Positions 1-12,370 are shown, counted from the first letter of the stretch. The stretch is 64,000 bases of DNA from an uncultured Nitrososphaeraceae archaeon (GCA_963765895.1 CAVXZB010000019.1:32001-96000), one strand, 5' to 3'. The notes: generated by a model not told the origin, from the letters alone. A program made the numbers and translations.

Positions 1-1
1 A

Positions 2-169
2 TTACTCTTCAGGCTTCAGATAGGCACGGAAGACAGTCAACGCGTCCAAATCTTGCTCTTCGGCGTGGAAGCTACAAAAATGCTCCCAGATCTGTTGATT
101 TAGTTTCTTACAATCAAGTGAAGTATCTGCTATCTGAGTTTGGCATTTTGTACATGTATAATAAACCAT
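2..169 (-). CDS. small C2H2-like zinc-finger protein
   Basis: CTKC...HFCSFH motif; likely start ATG at 169 within ORF 2..229. Confidence 0.5.
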   Translation of the reverse strand: MVYYTCTKCQTQIADTSLDCKKLNQQIWEHFCSFHAEEQDLDALTVFRAYLKPEE

Positions 170-605
170 TTTTATCTTCAAGCCAAGAAGAAGATAAGAT
201 GACTTATTCAAATATTTCGGTGCTCCCAATTTTTATCAATAATTCATGAATGTCATAGGATAATAATTTCTAGAGCTGCGGATCAACTAAAGTCTTTTTA
301 TTTCTTGATTTTATAAGCACAATTCTCGCGGCTAAAACCCAAGCGACATATCAAGAAACGACCAACCAATAAAACCGCTCCTTTGTTAAATGGTACGTGG
401 TAGTTCGTTACTCACCAGTTCATTCGTAACCATCATGATTCGGGATATCCCTCGGTTTCAAAAAAGTGAGCACATTATAATTCATTAATCCATATTCAAC
501 TTTATTAGTTGATGTGACACTGCTGTCTACATGAATTCTTTCTTGACTATGCATGCTGGGTTTAGGCGAACAAAAGAAAATGGGAAGAATTTCGATTTTA
601 GGGCC

Positions 606-1124
606 CTATTTGCAGTATTGTGGCTTTTCGACGCATATTAGATGCTGAGTCCCATATATCGCAGTATTTCCGAAATGGCTCTTAGTCTTTGATGGTTTAA
701 GCCAAAGACTTATGGCTGAACCGTCGATTAATTTTATGCTAGTTGGAACCTGATTTACAGGACCATCTTTCATGGTAACTATTGACGTACCGTTGATTGT
801 AGTAGAATTACCTTTGATTAGTGGGGTTCCAGTAATTTTAAAATTTGATATTGTATGTGTATGCGGCGAAGTGCCGTCCTTTTTCATCATCTGAAATGCG
901 GCATTAAATGTGGGAGATTTACTGTTCATGTTATCCATCCTAAAAACACCCGAGACTATCCAAGTTGGCTTGCCACTTTCATCATTCTGTAGACTTGTAA
1001 GTGCACCTTTAACTACATTCTTCTTACAGGCAGAATACTCCGGACAGTAACAAAGAAAGGCCTAATACAAAGGCTAGAGCAATTGTTGACGCCGCGCAGT
1101 AGTTATTATTAAGTTAGTTTTCAT
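606..1124 (-). CDS. secreted hypothetical protein, frameshifted near the N-terminus
   Basis: ORF 606..938 extends upstream in frame (KNVVKGALTSLQNDESGKPTWIVSGVF); hydrophobic leader begins near 1124. Confidence 0.5.
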
Positions 1125-1254
1125 GTAGACATTAAACTTTCAAATTGGTTATAAAATTTTTATGGCCCTTATTTTCTCATCACTATAAAGCGACAAGAAA
1201 GACGGTCGTGGATATAATGCCTCAAATAGATAAACCTTTCTGGCGCAATGGAAT

Positions 1255-1415
<161 letters not shown>

Positions 1416-1855
1416 TACAATTCTCATCCGATACCAACCATACAGGAATGTATGGAGAAATTGAAATTGATGAGAGGGATTTTGTACCTATTGATAATTC
1501 ACTACAGATAGAAGTTTAGGATAAAGATGAAGAGGTGATGAGATAAGGCGATAGTCAAAACTGACCCAATTGATGCACTATTAATTATACAAGTACCAAA
1601 ACTAGAAGGAGCAATTATGCTGATGACAATAAGAGCAGCAAGGACATAGCCGACAATAACAATAATGACTGAACAGTGCTTTGTAGAGCTCGCGAAGGCT
1701 GTCGGTTACGCCGAACTTTGCTATACAGAGTTACAGAGAATTAGTATGAAGCAATCAGTAAGAACGGCTGGTATATACGGGATGCTCAATTTGATAGGCC
1801 AAGAGCAAGCAGAATCATTCAAACAGTGTCTTTCGTGTTCTGCGAAATTAAAGAA

Positions 1856-2559
1856 ATGAAACTCGTTTTCTACTTATTACAGGAAAAATTTGATATCGCT
1901 TTTCAGAACTATTATCTTAAAAGAATAAGTGTATTATTATTATAACATGGGCTTGCCGGGCAAAGACATTTTGCTACATGTATCTTCTAGTAATATCCGC
2001 AGCGATTTCGGTTTAACTCGGATAATGTGCATACGCTATTTCAGGATATGATTCTGGATATAACCACGGATGTGATGATGCAAAAGTAGCTGATAAGTCA
2101 GAAAGATACATTAACCAACCCGAAAAAGGACCGAACTTTCACTCTGATACTTTATGCAAGGGTATGAATCATGCTTCAACTCCTGCTCTATCCACCAATT
2201 CAATAAGTTGCCTTCCTCCGACCCTAAAAGCGAGACCTCCCTCACCCATAATGAGAGACCAGGGTGATGATGCAAGTTTTGGAATTGCTATAATTATTGC
2301 AATACTGGTCGTTATATCATGTATAGCACTTGCGATTAGTAAATTAATGAGGAGTGGTAAACGCAGAGAGATGCAACATTTTTGAGATTCTGTAAAGGAA
2401 AGTATATTAAGAAAACAAAATCATAAGTGCGCGCAATGTAAGCGAATCATTAACGTGGTTGACTGGGACCATAAGAATGGAGATATAATTAAACAATAAT
2501 AAATCAAATTGTCAGGCATATGTCCTAATTGTCACGCCATAAAATCGATAAGGAGATGA
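1856..2559 (+). pseudogene. membrane-anchored HNH endonuclease (extracellular domain-TM-HNH), interrupted
   Basis: GYDSGYNHGCDDA...YINQPEKGPNFH segment, TM helix (FGIAIIIAILVVISCIALAI), then after an in-frame TGA at 2383: KCAQC..VDWDHKNGD..N..NCQ..CPNCHAIK HNH motif. Confidence 0.65.
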
Positions 2560-3279
2560 GTCTATTTGTTTGATTATATCCATTATAAGTATGCATGCCG
2601 GTGTTATGACTTAAGTATCTAGTTTGTGAAAGCTTCAGAATAGTTCTAGCCTATAATGGGCATTTTCACGTGCCCCATGAAGGATAACAAATTTTTATCA
2701 ATATACCTAGATCTTACTCTACGTCAGATATTACACAGTTAATGTACTGCTTCGTCAGTAATGTCCGCCAAAAACTGCATTTATAGGGAGAGGGCTAAAT
2801 TGTAGATACTATCTACCTCATTTTCATTTTTCGTTTATGCTAATGTATAATCAGTAAAAAGTATACTAGAGGTTTGGTCAAGGAGTTGAACACTCTTAGG
2901 CGCGCGCTCATACTATTAATTCAACTTACAGCGCATCATGGTTCCTCACTCCATTAATGTTATTAAGTGTTCTATTGAAGGAGCTACCAATAATTAGGAA
3001 CGGGTTAATGGTTGTCGTAATTCAAGGCAACTAGACTTCGGTGCCTAACTACATGATCAAATATAATATTAACTCTTCAATGAAGGGTCGCTTTCTGCCA
3101 ATAGGTCTTGAAAAATATGTTCCGTCATCTTATTCATCTTTTCCTGACAAAGAAGATAATAATATAATAATGAATAAAAAAATGTCACCCGATGACATAA
3201 ATATTCTCAAGTCGGCTGCCATGGAAAAAGGTTTATACAGAAAACGATGTGTAGAGATGTATCTTTGCTATCCCGATCA

Positions 3280-4136
3280 CTACACTCGAGGCAAAACGTG
3301 CTCGCACAGGCGCTCCATCTGGGCCTCTTCGTCGAAGACAGGGTTTAACAGAATATAGTTCACGCCCGCGTCTCTAAGGCGGATAATTTGGTCTACAATC
3401 TGCTGTGGCGATCCCCATACCGCAACTTGATCTGCCATTTCTGGCTTATGGTAAAAGGCACCGAACCACTCCCGCAGGCGGGATAGATTGTCTCCCAGGG
3501 CCAAATACAACCGCTTTGCTTTCGGAAAGTCGGCGGGCAGCTGTTTGATGTCTTCCAAAAAAGCATCCATCGGTGTCGAGCCCGCGCCGATGTAGCCGTC
3601 TCCCACTCCACCGCACGACGCAGCGCGACCTCGACATGTCCGCCGAACCAGATTGGGGGATGCGGCCTCTGGACTGGTTTCGGCTGCATCGGAATACTCT
3701 CAAGATGTGAGAAACGACCATCGAGTGTTACTTTGTCTTCTGTCCAGAGCCGCTTCATAATCTCCAGATTTTCGCGGAAGCGAGTGACGCGGCCCTCGGG
3801 CGGCAGTCCGTAAGCGGGATAGTGCCGGGTACTTGCGCCAAGTCCGACACCAACAATTAGGCGCCCGTCCGAAAGCACGTCAAGCGATGACAAGGCTTTC
3901 GCCAGGTCAATGGGGTTCCGCTGAGCGATCAGCAAAACGGCGATTCCGAGACGCAAACGTTTCGTGACTGCGGCCGCATATGTCAAGGTCGTCACGGACT
4001 CAAGAACAGGAGCAGTCCCGATAACTTGCTCAATGCACCATGCCGCAATCAATGGCAACTCTTCTGCTCGTCTCAAGAACCGCTGAATACGAGCAGGATC
4101 GGAATACGTTTGAGGAATAGCGATTGCGAACTCCAT
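3280..4136 (-). CDS. LLM-class flavin/F420-dependent oxidoreductase (frameshift ~3600)
   Basis: AAAVTKRLRLG, LAKALSSLDVLSDGRLIVGVG, PKPVQRPHPPIWFGG; C-terminal part in ORF 3280..3606; GC-rich relative to flanks. Confidence 0.9.
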
Positions 4137-4160
4137 ACTATCGTCGGCTTACTCCGAGTT

Positions 4161-4170
4161 TTATTTAAAT
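4161..4170 (-). promoter_or_regulatory. putative TATA box of the LLM gene
   Basis: ATTTAAATAA on the minus strand ~25-34 nt upstream of ATG 4136. Confidence 0.4.
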
Positions 4171-4755
4171 CTGCTCTTCTGATGTCTGAGGGGGATTTAT
4201 CGATCAATAAATGAGAACTGAATAAAAGAAGAAACTTGTGGAGGAAAATTAAACAAGGAAGAGGAAAAATATAGTCATTTAACACTACAAGCAAAAGATA
4301 AAACTTGATAGACTCTTCATGGTATTTCCCATATTAGAGTATAATGTGAATATTGTTTAACTGATATTGGCAAGGGATTTAAACAGGTATAGACTCAATG
4401 CATATAACTGACCGAACCGTGAAACTTTCTATGTTTGTATTCTAAACTGCATGATCCATCAAAAATATTTATTGACTGACATCTCAGCTCAGAATAATGG
4501 TTTTGGATTATTTTGAAGTAGGTCTAGATGGAATTAAACGGCGTGTGAAATTTGAACGAATATGTCCTCAATCATCTGGTACTGGAAAAACAGACTAAAA
4601 CGATAAACCGAAAAGGATTGACTATCATAGCAATTGTAGATGACATAAGACATAAGTTTGAATCGATTTTTGATAAATTAAGCGAATATAATTTCAGAAT
4701 CGCACCAATGGTGCATTTGACTTTCCTTGGCTTATTTAATGAGGATCGTAAAAGT

Positions 4756-5707
4756 GGCTATGTAGAAAACATCATCAATATTACAAGATTAGTTAGTCTA
4801 TGCATATTGTAGGTTATGCATCTGAATGATAGTTCCCTGTTTTGTGTCCTAGTTAATCTAGACATTATATGCTCTCCAAACAGTCTCTTTATGACTGAGA
4901 CTATGGTTTCATCCTTGTTATGGTGATTGTATAGTATTTTGGAATAACCGTGCTTCATCTGCTTCCTATACACACCATGTGTTCTCCATATAGGTACATG
5001 TTCATATCGAGCTGGAATTATGCTTAATGCATGCAAGCCGTCTCTTATCAAGAAATGATTGTCTTCACTATCATATCCCTTATCAGCTGTAACTACAGAT
5101 AATGGTAGAATTTCGGCTATTCTTGTTATGATTGGCCTGAAATCCATATTATCATGTCTTGTTGGAGCTCGTCTTATTTTGATTGAACATATGATTTGTT
5201 GTAATACATCTGCTCCAATAGATAATTTAGCATATTTTCTTCTCAATCCTGTTCGCTCAGTATAATATTGTGAAGCAGGAGTCATCTTAAATCCAGTAGA
5301 ATCTATTCCTGCAAAGATATGCTCGGTACCGCTTATTACAATGAATGAGGAAATTATCTTTTCCAGTAAGGTATTGCTAATTCTGCCTGCAAACTTTTGC
5401 AATGTTGTAAAATGAGGAATTTGTGATAGTCCTAAAAATAATCTAAGGTAATGCGCTTCAACCAGCCATTCGATAAACATCCTATAACTCTTACCTTCGT
5501 ACTGTCTTATTGTGAGCAATACTAAATGCTGCCACATCGTAAAGACATGGTTGCTCTTTCTATGAAGAAACAACGGTATCCTTGAATTTCTCAAGACACG
5601 GTACATAGTGCATGCCAATCTAACATATCTTGATTCTTTCAATATCCATATACGATCATACATCTAGAAAGCTCTAATGGTATTCAGAACATGGTTTCTA
5701 CAAAGCC
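4756..5707 (-). mobile_element. IS5-family insertion sequence, copy 1
   Basis: TIRs GGCTATGTAGAAA / TTTCTACAAAGCC; 9-bp TSD CGTAAAAGT at 4747-4755 and 5708-5716. Confidence 0.95.
4758..5663 (-). CDS. IS5-family DDE transposase
   Basis: GIDSTG, ADKGYDSE, ETIVSVIKR motifs; 301 aa intact. Confidence 0.95.
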   Translation of the reverse strand: MYDRIWILKESRYVRLACTMYRVLRNSRIPLFLHRKSNHVFTMWQHLVLLTIRQYEGKSYRMFIEWLVEAHYLRLFLGLSQIPHFTTLQKFAGRISNTLLEKIISSFIVISGTEHIFAGIDSTGFKMTPASQYYTERTGLRRKYAKLSIGADVLQQIICSIKIRRAPTRHDNMDFRPIITRIAEILPLSVVTADKGYDSEDNHFLIRDGLHALSIIPARYEHVPIWRTHGVYRKQMKHGYSKILYNHHNKDETIVSVIKRLFGEHIMSRLTRTQNRELSFRCITYNMHRLTNLVILMMFST

Positions 5708-7091
5708 CGTAAAAGTAATCCCACTTATATACAGCAAACAATTGAGCAAATAAGAAATTTTTTTGAAAATGAAGCGAAGAGAAAACAATTTGAACTAAGA
5801 TTTGATAGAGTAAGACCTGGTACCTTCTATCAACCTGGGACTCGTGATCAATTTGACTCATCAAATGATGGAACAGTATTTGTCAACGGCGACATAAATC
5901 ACGACGATAATTATAGGTTCCGGGATTTATCCAAAAGACTATCAAGTCATCTACAGGAAAAATTACCAACCATGTTTGATGCCAACTTTGGACCATAGTC
6001 TAATGCAGTCTGGTGTGCGTTGGATATTTTGATCGTGATGATTTCTGGATTGATCCGGGGTTAGAAGGCAATTTTCAGTAGCAGTAATTTTTCTAATCTT
6101 GATTTTAGTGTTACTGTCAAAGAGTTACATGTAATGACCTATGGAAAAAGGACTTTGGAGGATGCGAGATGCATTGAATGTATAATCTTAAACTAATTTT
6201 TATAAAGTTAATGCTGCAATTGCGTCAGGAATAAACCTGAAGAATAAGTTAAACTACATAAAACTATATGACATGGAATTAAAGTCTTAAATCTACTATT
6301 CAGCTCACGAAACCCAGCGATTTAAACTCAGCATAAATCATTGTGTTTGCTTTTGTAACTTTTTACATTCGGATACTCTGGCATTCAATTCATTTATCAT
6401 CTTTTGCTGCTGCAATATCAATAGTATAAATAATGATTCGGCTGAATAGTTTTCGCCGTTGGAACTAACAGCGAGCATTGTAATCTTTATTGTGGCTACA
6501 TTCAGAAAGCATCTTATTAAAAAAGAAGTGCATTTTCTTCTCTTCGAGCATATCTAGAGTCTTTCCATGATTCGATCTCTTTAGCTAGGATATCAACATT
6601 GCCATCTTCATTTTGTTCATTTTAAGACACTTCGATTATCATCTTGAATTTACATTCTTTTTAACAACAGAGCCGCAAAGGGAGAGGTGGAGGGGATTGT
6701 ATATTTACTAGAATAAGCCAGGTGTTGCTTAGTGAGCGTGATATCCATTTGGTCAGGTTTAGCACTGAGATCTATTCTACTAAAACATGGGCAGGAATCT
6801 CTTCTTTAGATAATTGGAGCTGCACTTGGTTTAGTCCCTATAATTATACCCAGGATACCCGGGTTATTTTCCAACCTAAGGTAGAATTTGAAGTATAATA
6901 AGTTGATATATCAAGAGTGCAATTAGAGTACGAATTTATCCCGGGTATCCTGGGTGCAATAGATGCATAAAGTGCTGTACTTATAATGTTAGTAATAGCA
7001 CGTAAATTGGCACTAGACAAAAAGCCCATTTTATACCATAACTTATTTGATTGGTACGATCAAATAAGGGAGATATCACTGCTCGGTCATG

Positions 7092-7938
7092 CTATTTGTC
7101 GACTCCTTTAGTTGCATTTAGAATTAATTGGGCGACTTCCTTTGGGTGAGATAGAAGCGAGAGATGACTAGAGGGAAGTGAGATAGTGGTAGCGTTCATC
7201 TGTTTTGCAAATAAACGTTCGACAGCAGGAGCGATATTGCGATCGTTTTCAGATACTTGATACCATGTCGGAAGTTGCTTCCAAGCTGGTGGGCCAGATT
7301 TTTCAGTAAAAATTGACATGTTAATTGGCTTTTGTGTAACGGCTAAGATCTTAGCTTGAGCCGGATCAATATCTGGAAATGAAGTATGGAACATATTCGG
7401 ATTAAAGTATGCAAAGCCCCCTCTATCAATGATTAGAGATCCTTTTGGAAATTTGGTGGGGTCGGTGAAGCTACTGATAGATTGACCTTCTTTAGGAACT
7501 AATGCAGCAATGTAGACGAGACCTTTGACATTGGGATTATTATAAGGCAGCGTTTGAGATTACCATTCCACCATATGAGTGCCCTACAAGAATAGTTGGT
7601 CCACCCAATAGATCAATTGCACGCTTTACTGTAGCTACGTCATCTGCCAGAGAATGAAGAGGAAGCTGTACTGCGATAACTTTATGTCCTGCTTTTAGTA
7701 GAATTGGGATTACTTTACTCCATGAAGATGCATCAGCTCCTGCACCATGAACTAAAACGATATTGATTTTAGTAGCATTTGTTATCTGGCCCTTTATTTC
7801 ATTAGGTTTTGTGAATGTTGTCATGTTCTGCGCATTTGCAAGACCAGCTTGTGTAGATAATGTAAGAGTTACAATAAGCATCACGGCTAGACATAGTGCG
7901 CCTAAAAGGTTTATCTGACTGTATTTTTCATATTGCAT
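7092..7938 (-). CDS. secreted alpha/beta hydrolase (frameshift ~7540)
   Basis: signal peptide, VLVHGA, GHSYGG nucleophile elbow, C-terminal SSHLSLLSHP. Confidence 0.85.
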
Positions 7939-8414
7939 AAATCTTTATTCATTATCTATTGTATTTAAATTGGACAGTTACCAATAGGTAAGCAAATTTT
8001 TTCACTTACTTATGGCTAGCGGATCCTATTGATAGGTAAAACTATCTGATTGGTGATGAATTTAATATCTGTTGACTCCCAATTAATGACGCCATTGGAT
8101 AGTAGCAGCTAGTCGATGTGAATCAACATACTAATTCCGTTAATATGCAATAAGTTTAAAACATAGGACAACATTTGGACTTTTTAACGCATCCGGCATA
8201 ATTATCTCGAAAAGCGTTATAATCTGATAGGCGGCAACCCGATGATAAATATTATCAAAAATGCTGCGTCCTAGGTATAGACTGACGTCCCAGGACGGTG
8301 AAACATTAGTATGATATTTTAGTCTATTTGTCGTCATACACATGCCAATTTCTTGCTACATTGTTAAGAACTAAATCCTGTATTGTACCTTGAATGTAAG
8401 GGATATACTACAAG

Positions 8415-9362
8415 GGCTGTGTAGAAACCATCTCATACAGTCAAAGCTTTGTAAGAGTATAATACCAATAGTCTATTGAAAGAATCAATGTACGTCAGAC
8501 TTGCAGGTACTATGTTCCGTGTTTTGAAGCATGCAAGGATTCCTCTATTTTCTAACAGGAAAAGTAATCACATATTTACAATATGGCAGCACATAGTTCT
8601 AGTTGCTATACGACAGTATGAAGGTAAGAGTTATAGAATGTTTGTCGAGTGGTTAATTGAAGCCTATTACCTAAGGTCATTTCTACGGTTGTCACGTATT
8701 CCTCATTTTACAACATTGCAAAAGTTTACAGATAGAATCAATAATTCATTGCTTGAAAAGATAATTTCGTCATTCATTGTAATTAGTGGTACCAAGCATA
8801 TCTTTGCAGGAATAGATTCAACAGGATTTAAGATAACTCATGCATCACAATATTATACTGATCGAACAGAATTGAGAAGAAAATATGCGAAATTATCTAT
8901 TGGAGTAGATGTATTACAACAAATCATATGTACAATTAAGATAAGACGAGCTCCAACAAGGCATGATAATGTAGATTTCAGGCCAATTATAACAAGGACA
9001 TCAAATATTCTTCCATTATCTGTAGTTACAGCTGATAAGGGTTACGATAGTGAAGATAATCACCTTCTCGTAAGAGAGGACTTACATGCATTCAGTATTA
9101 TTCCTGCTCGATATGAACATGTACCGATGTGGAGAACACATGGTAAGTACAGAAAGCAGATGAAGCGTGGTTACTCCAAATTGCTGTACAATCAACGAAA
9201 CAAAGATGAAACCATAATATCAGTTATAAAACGACTATTTGGAGAGAATCTTATGTCTAGATTGACTAGAATGCAGAACAGAGAGTTATCATTTAGATGT
9301 ATCACCTACAATATGCATAGACTGACTAATCTTGTAATATTGATGATGTTTTCTACATAGCC
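8415..9362 (+). mobile_element. IS5-family insertion sequence, copy 2
   Basis: TIRs GGCTGTGTAGAAA / TTTCTACATAGCC; 8-bp TSD ACTACAAG at 8407-8414 and 9363-9370. Confidence 0.95.
8476..9360 (+). CDS. IS5-family DDE transposase
   Basis: intact 294 aa, highly similar to 4758..5663. Confidence 0.95.
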   Translation: MKESMYVRLAGTMFRVLKHARIPLFSNRKSNHIFTIWQHIVLVAIRQYEGKSYRMFVEWLIEAYYLRSFLRLSRIPHFTTLQKFTDRINNSLLEKIISSFIVISGTKHIFAGIDSTGFKITHASQYYTDRTELRRKYAKLSIGVDVLQQIICTIKIRRAPTRHDNVDFRPIITRTSNILPLSVVTADKGYDSEDNHLLVREDLHAFSIIPARYEHVPMWRTHGKYRKQMKRGYSKLLYNQRNKDETIISVIKRLFGENLMSRLTRMQNRELSFRCITYNMHRLTNLVILMMFST

Positions 9363-9415
9363 ACTACAAGCTATCTATATATATATATCCCATATCTGGA
9401 ATCTTCTGTACTGCT

Positions 9416-10325
9416 ATGTTGAAAATTAAAGGTTATACCGCAATTTTAGTGATATTCAGCGTGGCTTGCATAGGCATAGCGACTATTTCCCATCCTAATC
9501 ATATTAATGCTCTTATTAATAAGAACAATAATAATACAGGCAATAGTAATAGCACTACAACAACTATTGCTACTGATAAACTGATTACAAATATCTTGGC
9601 AAAGAATCTTGAAGATCATCTTAAAAAAGCGGGAGTTATCTTAGAAATAACAAGCAAATTACCTCAAGTGAGAAATGTATCTTATGCGCATTTACTCAAC
9701 CAAACATTAAACACGTTACATGGAATACCTGAACATGCAGATACAGAAAAAAGACAGGTGGCTAAGAACATAGTAGTCAGTAATACTGACTTGCGTGAAG
9801 TTTTCTTTATCATGCCGAATGGAGACGCATATTTATTTGAACCTTCTACACAACAGAATCTTACCACAAACAATTTTGCATTTAGAGATTATTTTCAAGG
9901 CTCAATTAAAACAAACGATGTTTATCTAGAAATGTGATAAATACCAAGACCGCTTCTAGTTTTAGACCAGGCGCGATAGCTATTCCTGTATATTCTTCTT
10001 CTAAGGATAACTCCAATATTGCCGGAGTATGGATTGGTGGAATTGATTTTAAAGTCTTTGACAAAGATCTTCAATCACTTAATCTACCATCAGGTGAAAG
10101 AGTTGTTTATACAGGCTACAAAGGACAGAAAATAGCAGATTCTGATATAAATAAAAGTAAAACTGTTTTGCTACTCTCAATAGTTTTAAGAATGCTCTAA
10201 ATGGAAAGTCAGGGTCAACAATAGATACCATAGATAACACAAAGATGTTAGTAACATATCAACCAGTGAAGGTATTTCATAATACTTGGATTGTTCTTTT
10301 GATGCAACCGATACCACCACAATAA
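9416..10325 (+). CDS. secreted/anchored Cache-like sensory domain protein (frameshifted)
   Basis: N-terminal hydrophobic leader; NFAFRDYFQG, IAIPVY, GVWIGGID are typical of dCache; ORFs 9416..9937 and 9934..10200 plus tail. Confidence 0.7.
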
Positions 10326-10897
10326 GAATCAATTATCACAAGCCTAAAGCGCTTGGCAGGTAGCGCTTAATTAGATCCTGTATTTTTCCTTGAACCCACT
10401 CTAAAGCTAGTATTCTTATCATAAACATATCGCGATTAAGAAGATCATCTGATTTCTGCATAGGTATTCTAAGCTGGTTATTTTAACATCTAGCATATGT
10501 CTAACCCTCTTAGCAAAATAACACACATCTTTAACTTCAGGAGAATTATGTTTGATATTATGAGCTCTAGTAGTATTGAGATTAAGGTCATTCATTCAAG
10601 TTTGTCAGAGTATTGTAGGAGATATAATATAGTGATACACTAAATATATGGAGTGCGAGTATGTGTATATATTTATTATTTATTTATTCATTAAGTCCTA
10701 ATACAGTTGAAGCACAAACATTCAGGTTTATCCTCTAAAGTACCATTACCATTGTCAGTAAACACCAAAGCGCATTTCCAGTTATACGAATTGAAGTAAA
10801 TATGTTATGTGACGATTCTACTGATAAGAAAATGGTATCAAGGGCTGTAACTATGGATATTTTGTTGGTTGGTTGCGGTGTGTGTCATAATTATGAC

Positions 10898-11146
10898 TTA
10901 ATCAAATGATATTATTCTTCCGCCACAGATTCTTTCAAGCTCTCTCCTTTCAATACTGTTTATCAACTCTCTAATGTGTGGATCCTCACATTCTCTCTGA
11001 CGGTACCATTCATATATGTATCCTTTGCATCCCAATAACCTTGATTTAATGCATCTGATCTCAGCTAGTGCGGCGTTGCCTTGGACTAAGGTTACTAATG
11101 TAGGTGTAACAACTAACGCTAGGCTGATTGCTATTAATTGTTTCAA
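10898..11146 (-). CDS. small secreted Cys-containing protein
   Basis: signal peptide ending ALA; 4 Cys. Confidence 0.5.
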   Translation of the reverse strand: MKQLIAISLALVVTPTLVTLVQGNAALAEIRCIKSRLLGCKGYIYEWYRQRECEDPHIRELINSIERRELERICGGRIISFD

Positions 11147-11391
11147 TTATTTCTATTCACATCCTAAGTTCATGATTTATTTACTTATGGTACTTCTCGT
11201 ACTATTGAGCCGGTCGAGATAAGTAACAGTGTTATAATAAAATATACTGCCGTAAGATCCATGCTTATCCTACTCATCAATCCCATTTATTGATGTCACA
11301 TTCTACACTAACGGTATGTTTATCTTTTTTAGAAGAGGATTCGTATTGTAATCGATGTGAACTTAGTCTAAATGAATTGTGTGACACTGTT

Positions 11392-11871
11392 TCACTTTGT
11401 GGGTTTAATAATGCTAGCAGGATGAATTTCATTCCAGTTTTCTGAGCCAGTCTCATGGACCAATCTGCCACTAACAGATATTCTGTCACCTTGTGTTGGA
11501 AATTGATTAGTCCCATAGAGATTCGTGAGCTTCACGTCTTTACAATAGTCTCCCTTCCATGTCGTGAAATACCCCTTAATGCTGGCCAGACCGGGGTTAT
11601 GGCATATTTCTTCTACTATTATGTTCGTACAAGGTCCAGTAGGTGGTAAACATTTGATGTCCGCACAACGTGTATTCTTTTTTGGTTCACAATCCGGGCC
11701 ATTCTGTGAATACTTTGCATAGGCGCTATCCAACGTTAGAGTAAAATGTAGGTCGCCATCTGCCATGTCCACTGTTCCGCCGGGATGTATGCTGAAAACT
11801 TTTCCTGTGACTTTTATACAGGAACCAAATGGGTATTGAGAATTTGGAGTAATTGTCAGTATGGTCGACAT
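11392..11871 (-). CDS. Cys-rich OB-fold-like hypothetical protein
   Basis: ADGDLHFTL...IIVEEIC...GDRISVSG...WNEIHP pattern. Confidence 0.55.
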   Translation of the reverse strand: MSTILTITPNSQYPFGSCIKVTGKVFSIHPGGTVDMADGDLHFTLTLDSAYAKYSQNGPDCEPKKNTRCADIKCLPPTGPCTNIIVEEICHNPGLASIKGYFTTWKGDYCKDVKLTNLYGTNQFPTQGDRISVSGRLVHETGSENWNEIHPASIIKPTK

Positions 11872-12014
11872 AGTCGATCAACTCGACATTATAAAACAAA
11901 GATTAGACGCTATTTTAAAACGGTTTTCTTTTTAAAAAATGGGCCTGTCCGTATCCCTCTACCTACAGTTCCTCAGTCTATAGAAAACCAATAACGATAG
12001 AATGCCATGATTGC

Positions 12015-12233
12015 ATGCAAAAGCGAAAAGAACTGACAGTCGACGATATTAAAAAAATGATTTACAAAGAAATTGAAAAGAAGCAGAAACAACTCGACCC
12101 AGATAAGCATAATATGCGGATTATGGAAGACAACCTGACGGAAGTAGAAACCCTCCAATTCGTGTTAGCAATGGTCATGGACGAAGAGCGATTAAGAAAG
12201 AGACAAACAGACCAACTGATGAAGTTAGGTTAG
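12015..12233 (+). CDS. small hypothetical helical protein
   Basis: 72 aa charged ORF with plausible composition. Confidence 0.5.
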   Translation: MQKRKELTVDDIKKMIYKEIEKKQKQLDPDKHNMRIMEDNLTEVETLQFVLAMVMDEERLRKRQTDQLMKLG

Positions 12234-12370
12234 GTTAGGATAGGATAGGTTAACAGCCTATATGCCTACTACAAAGGGGGGAGGTTTAATGAACTATGGA
12301 AAGCGTTCAGTCAGACATACAAATAGATACATTATATACTTCTACTCTATCGTACATTTAACATAAGTAA

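Larger units (their letters stand above)
4552..6000 (+). pseudogene. hypothetical gene interrupted by IS5 copy 1
   Basis: reading ...FNEDRKS resumes after the second TSD as NPTYIQQTIEQIRN...; end approximate. Confidence 0.5.

Noticed and set aside
8375-10394. 20-bp imperfect direct repeat ATCCTGTATT...CCTTGAA around IS copy 2 and the Cache gene
   Set aside because: Three mismatches in AT-rich DNA and no other support; may be chance.
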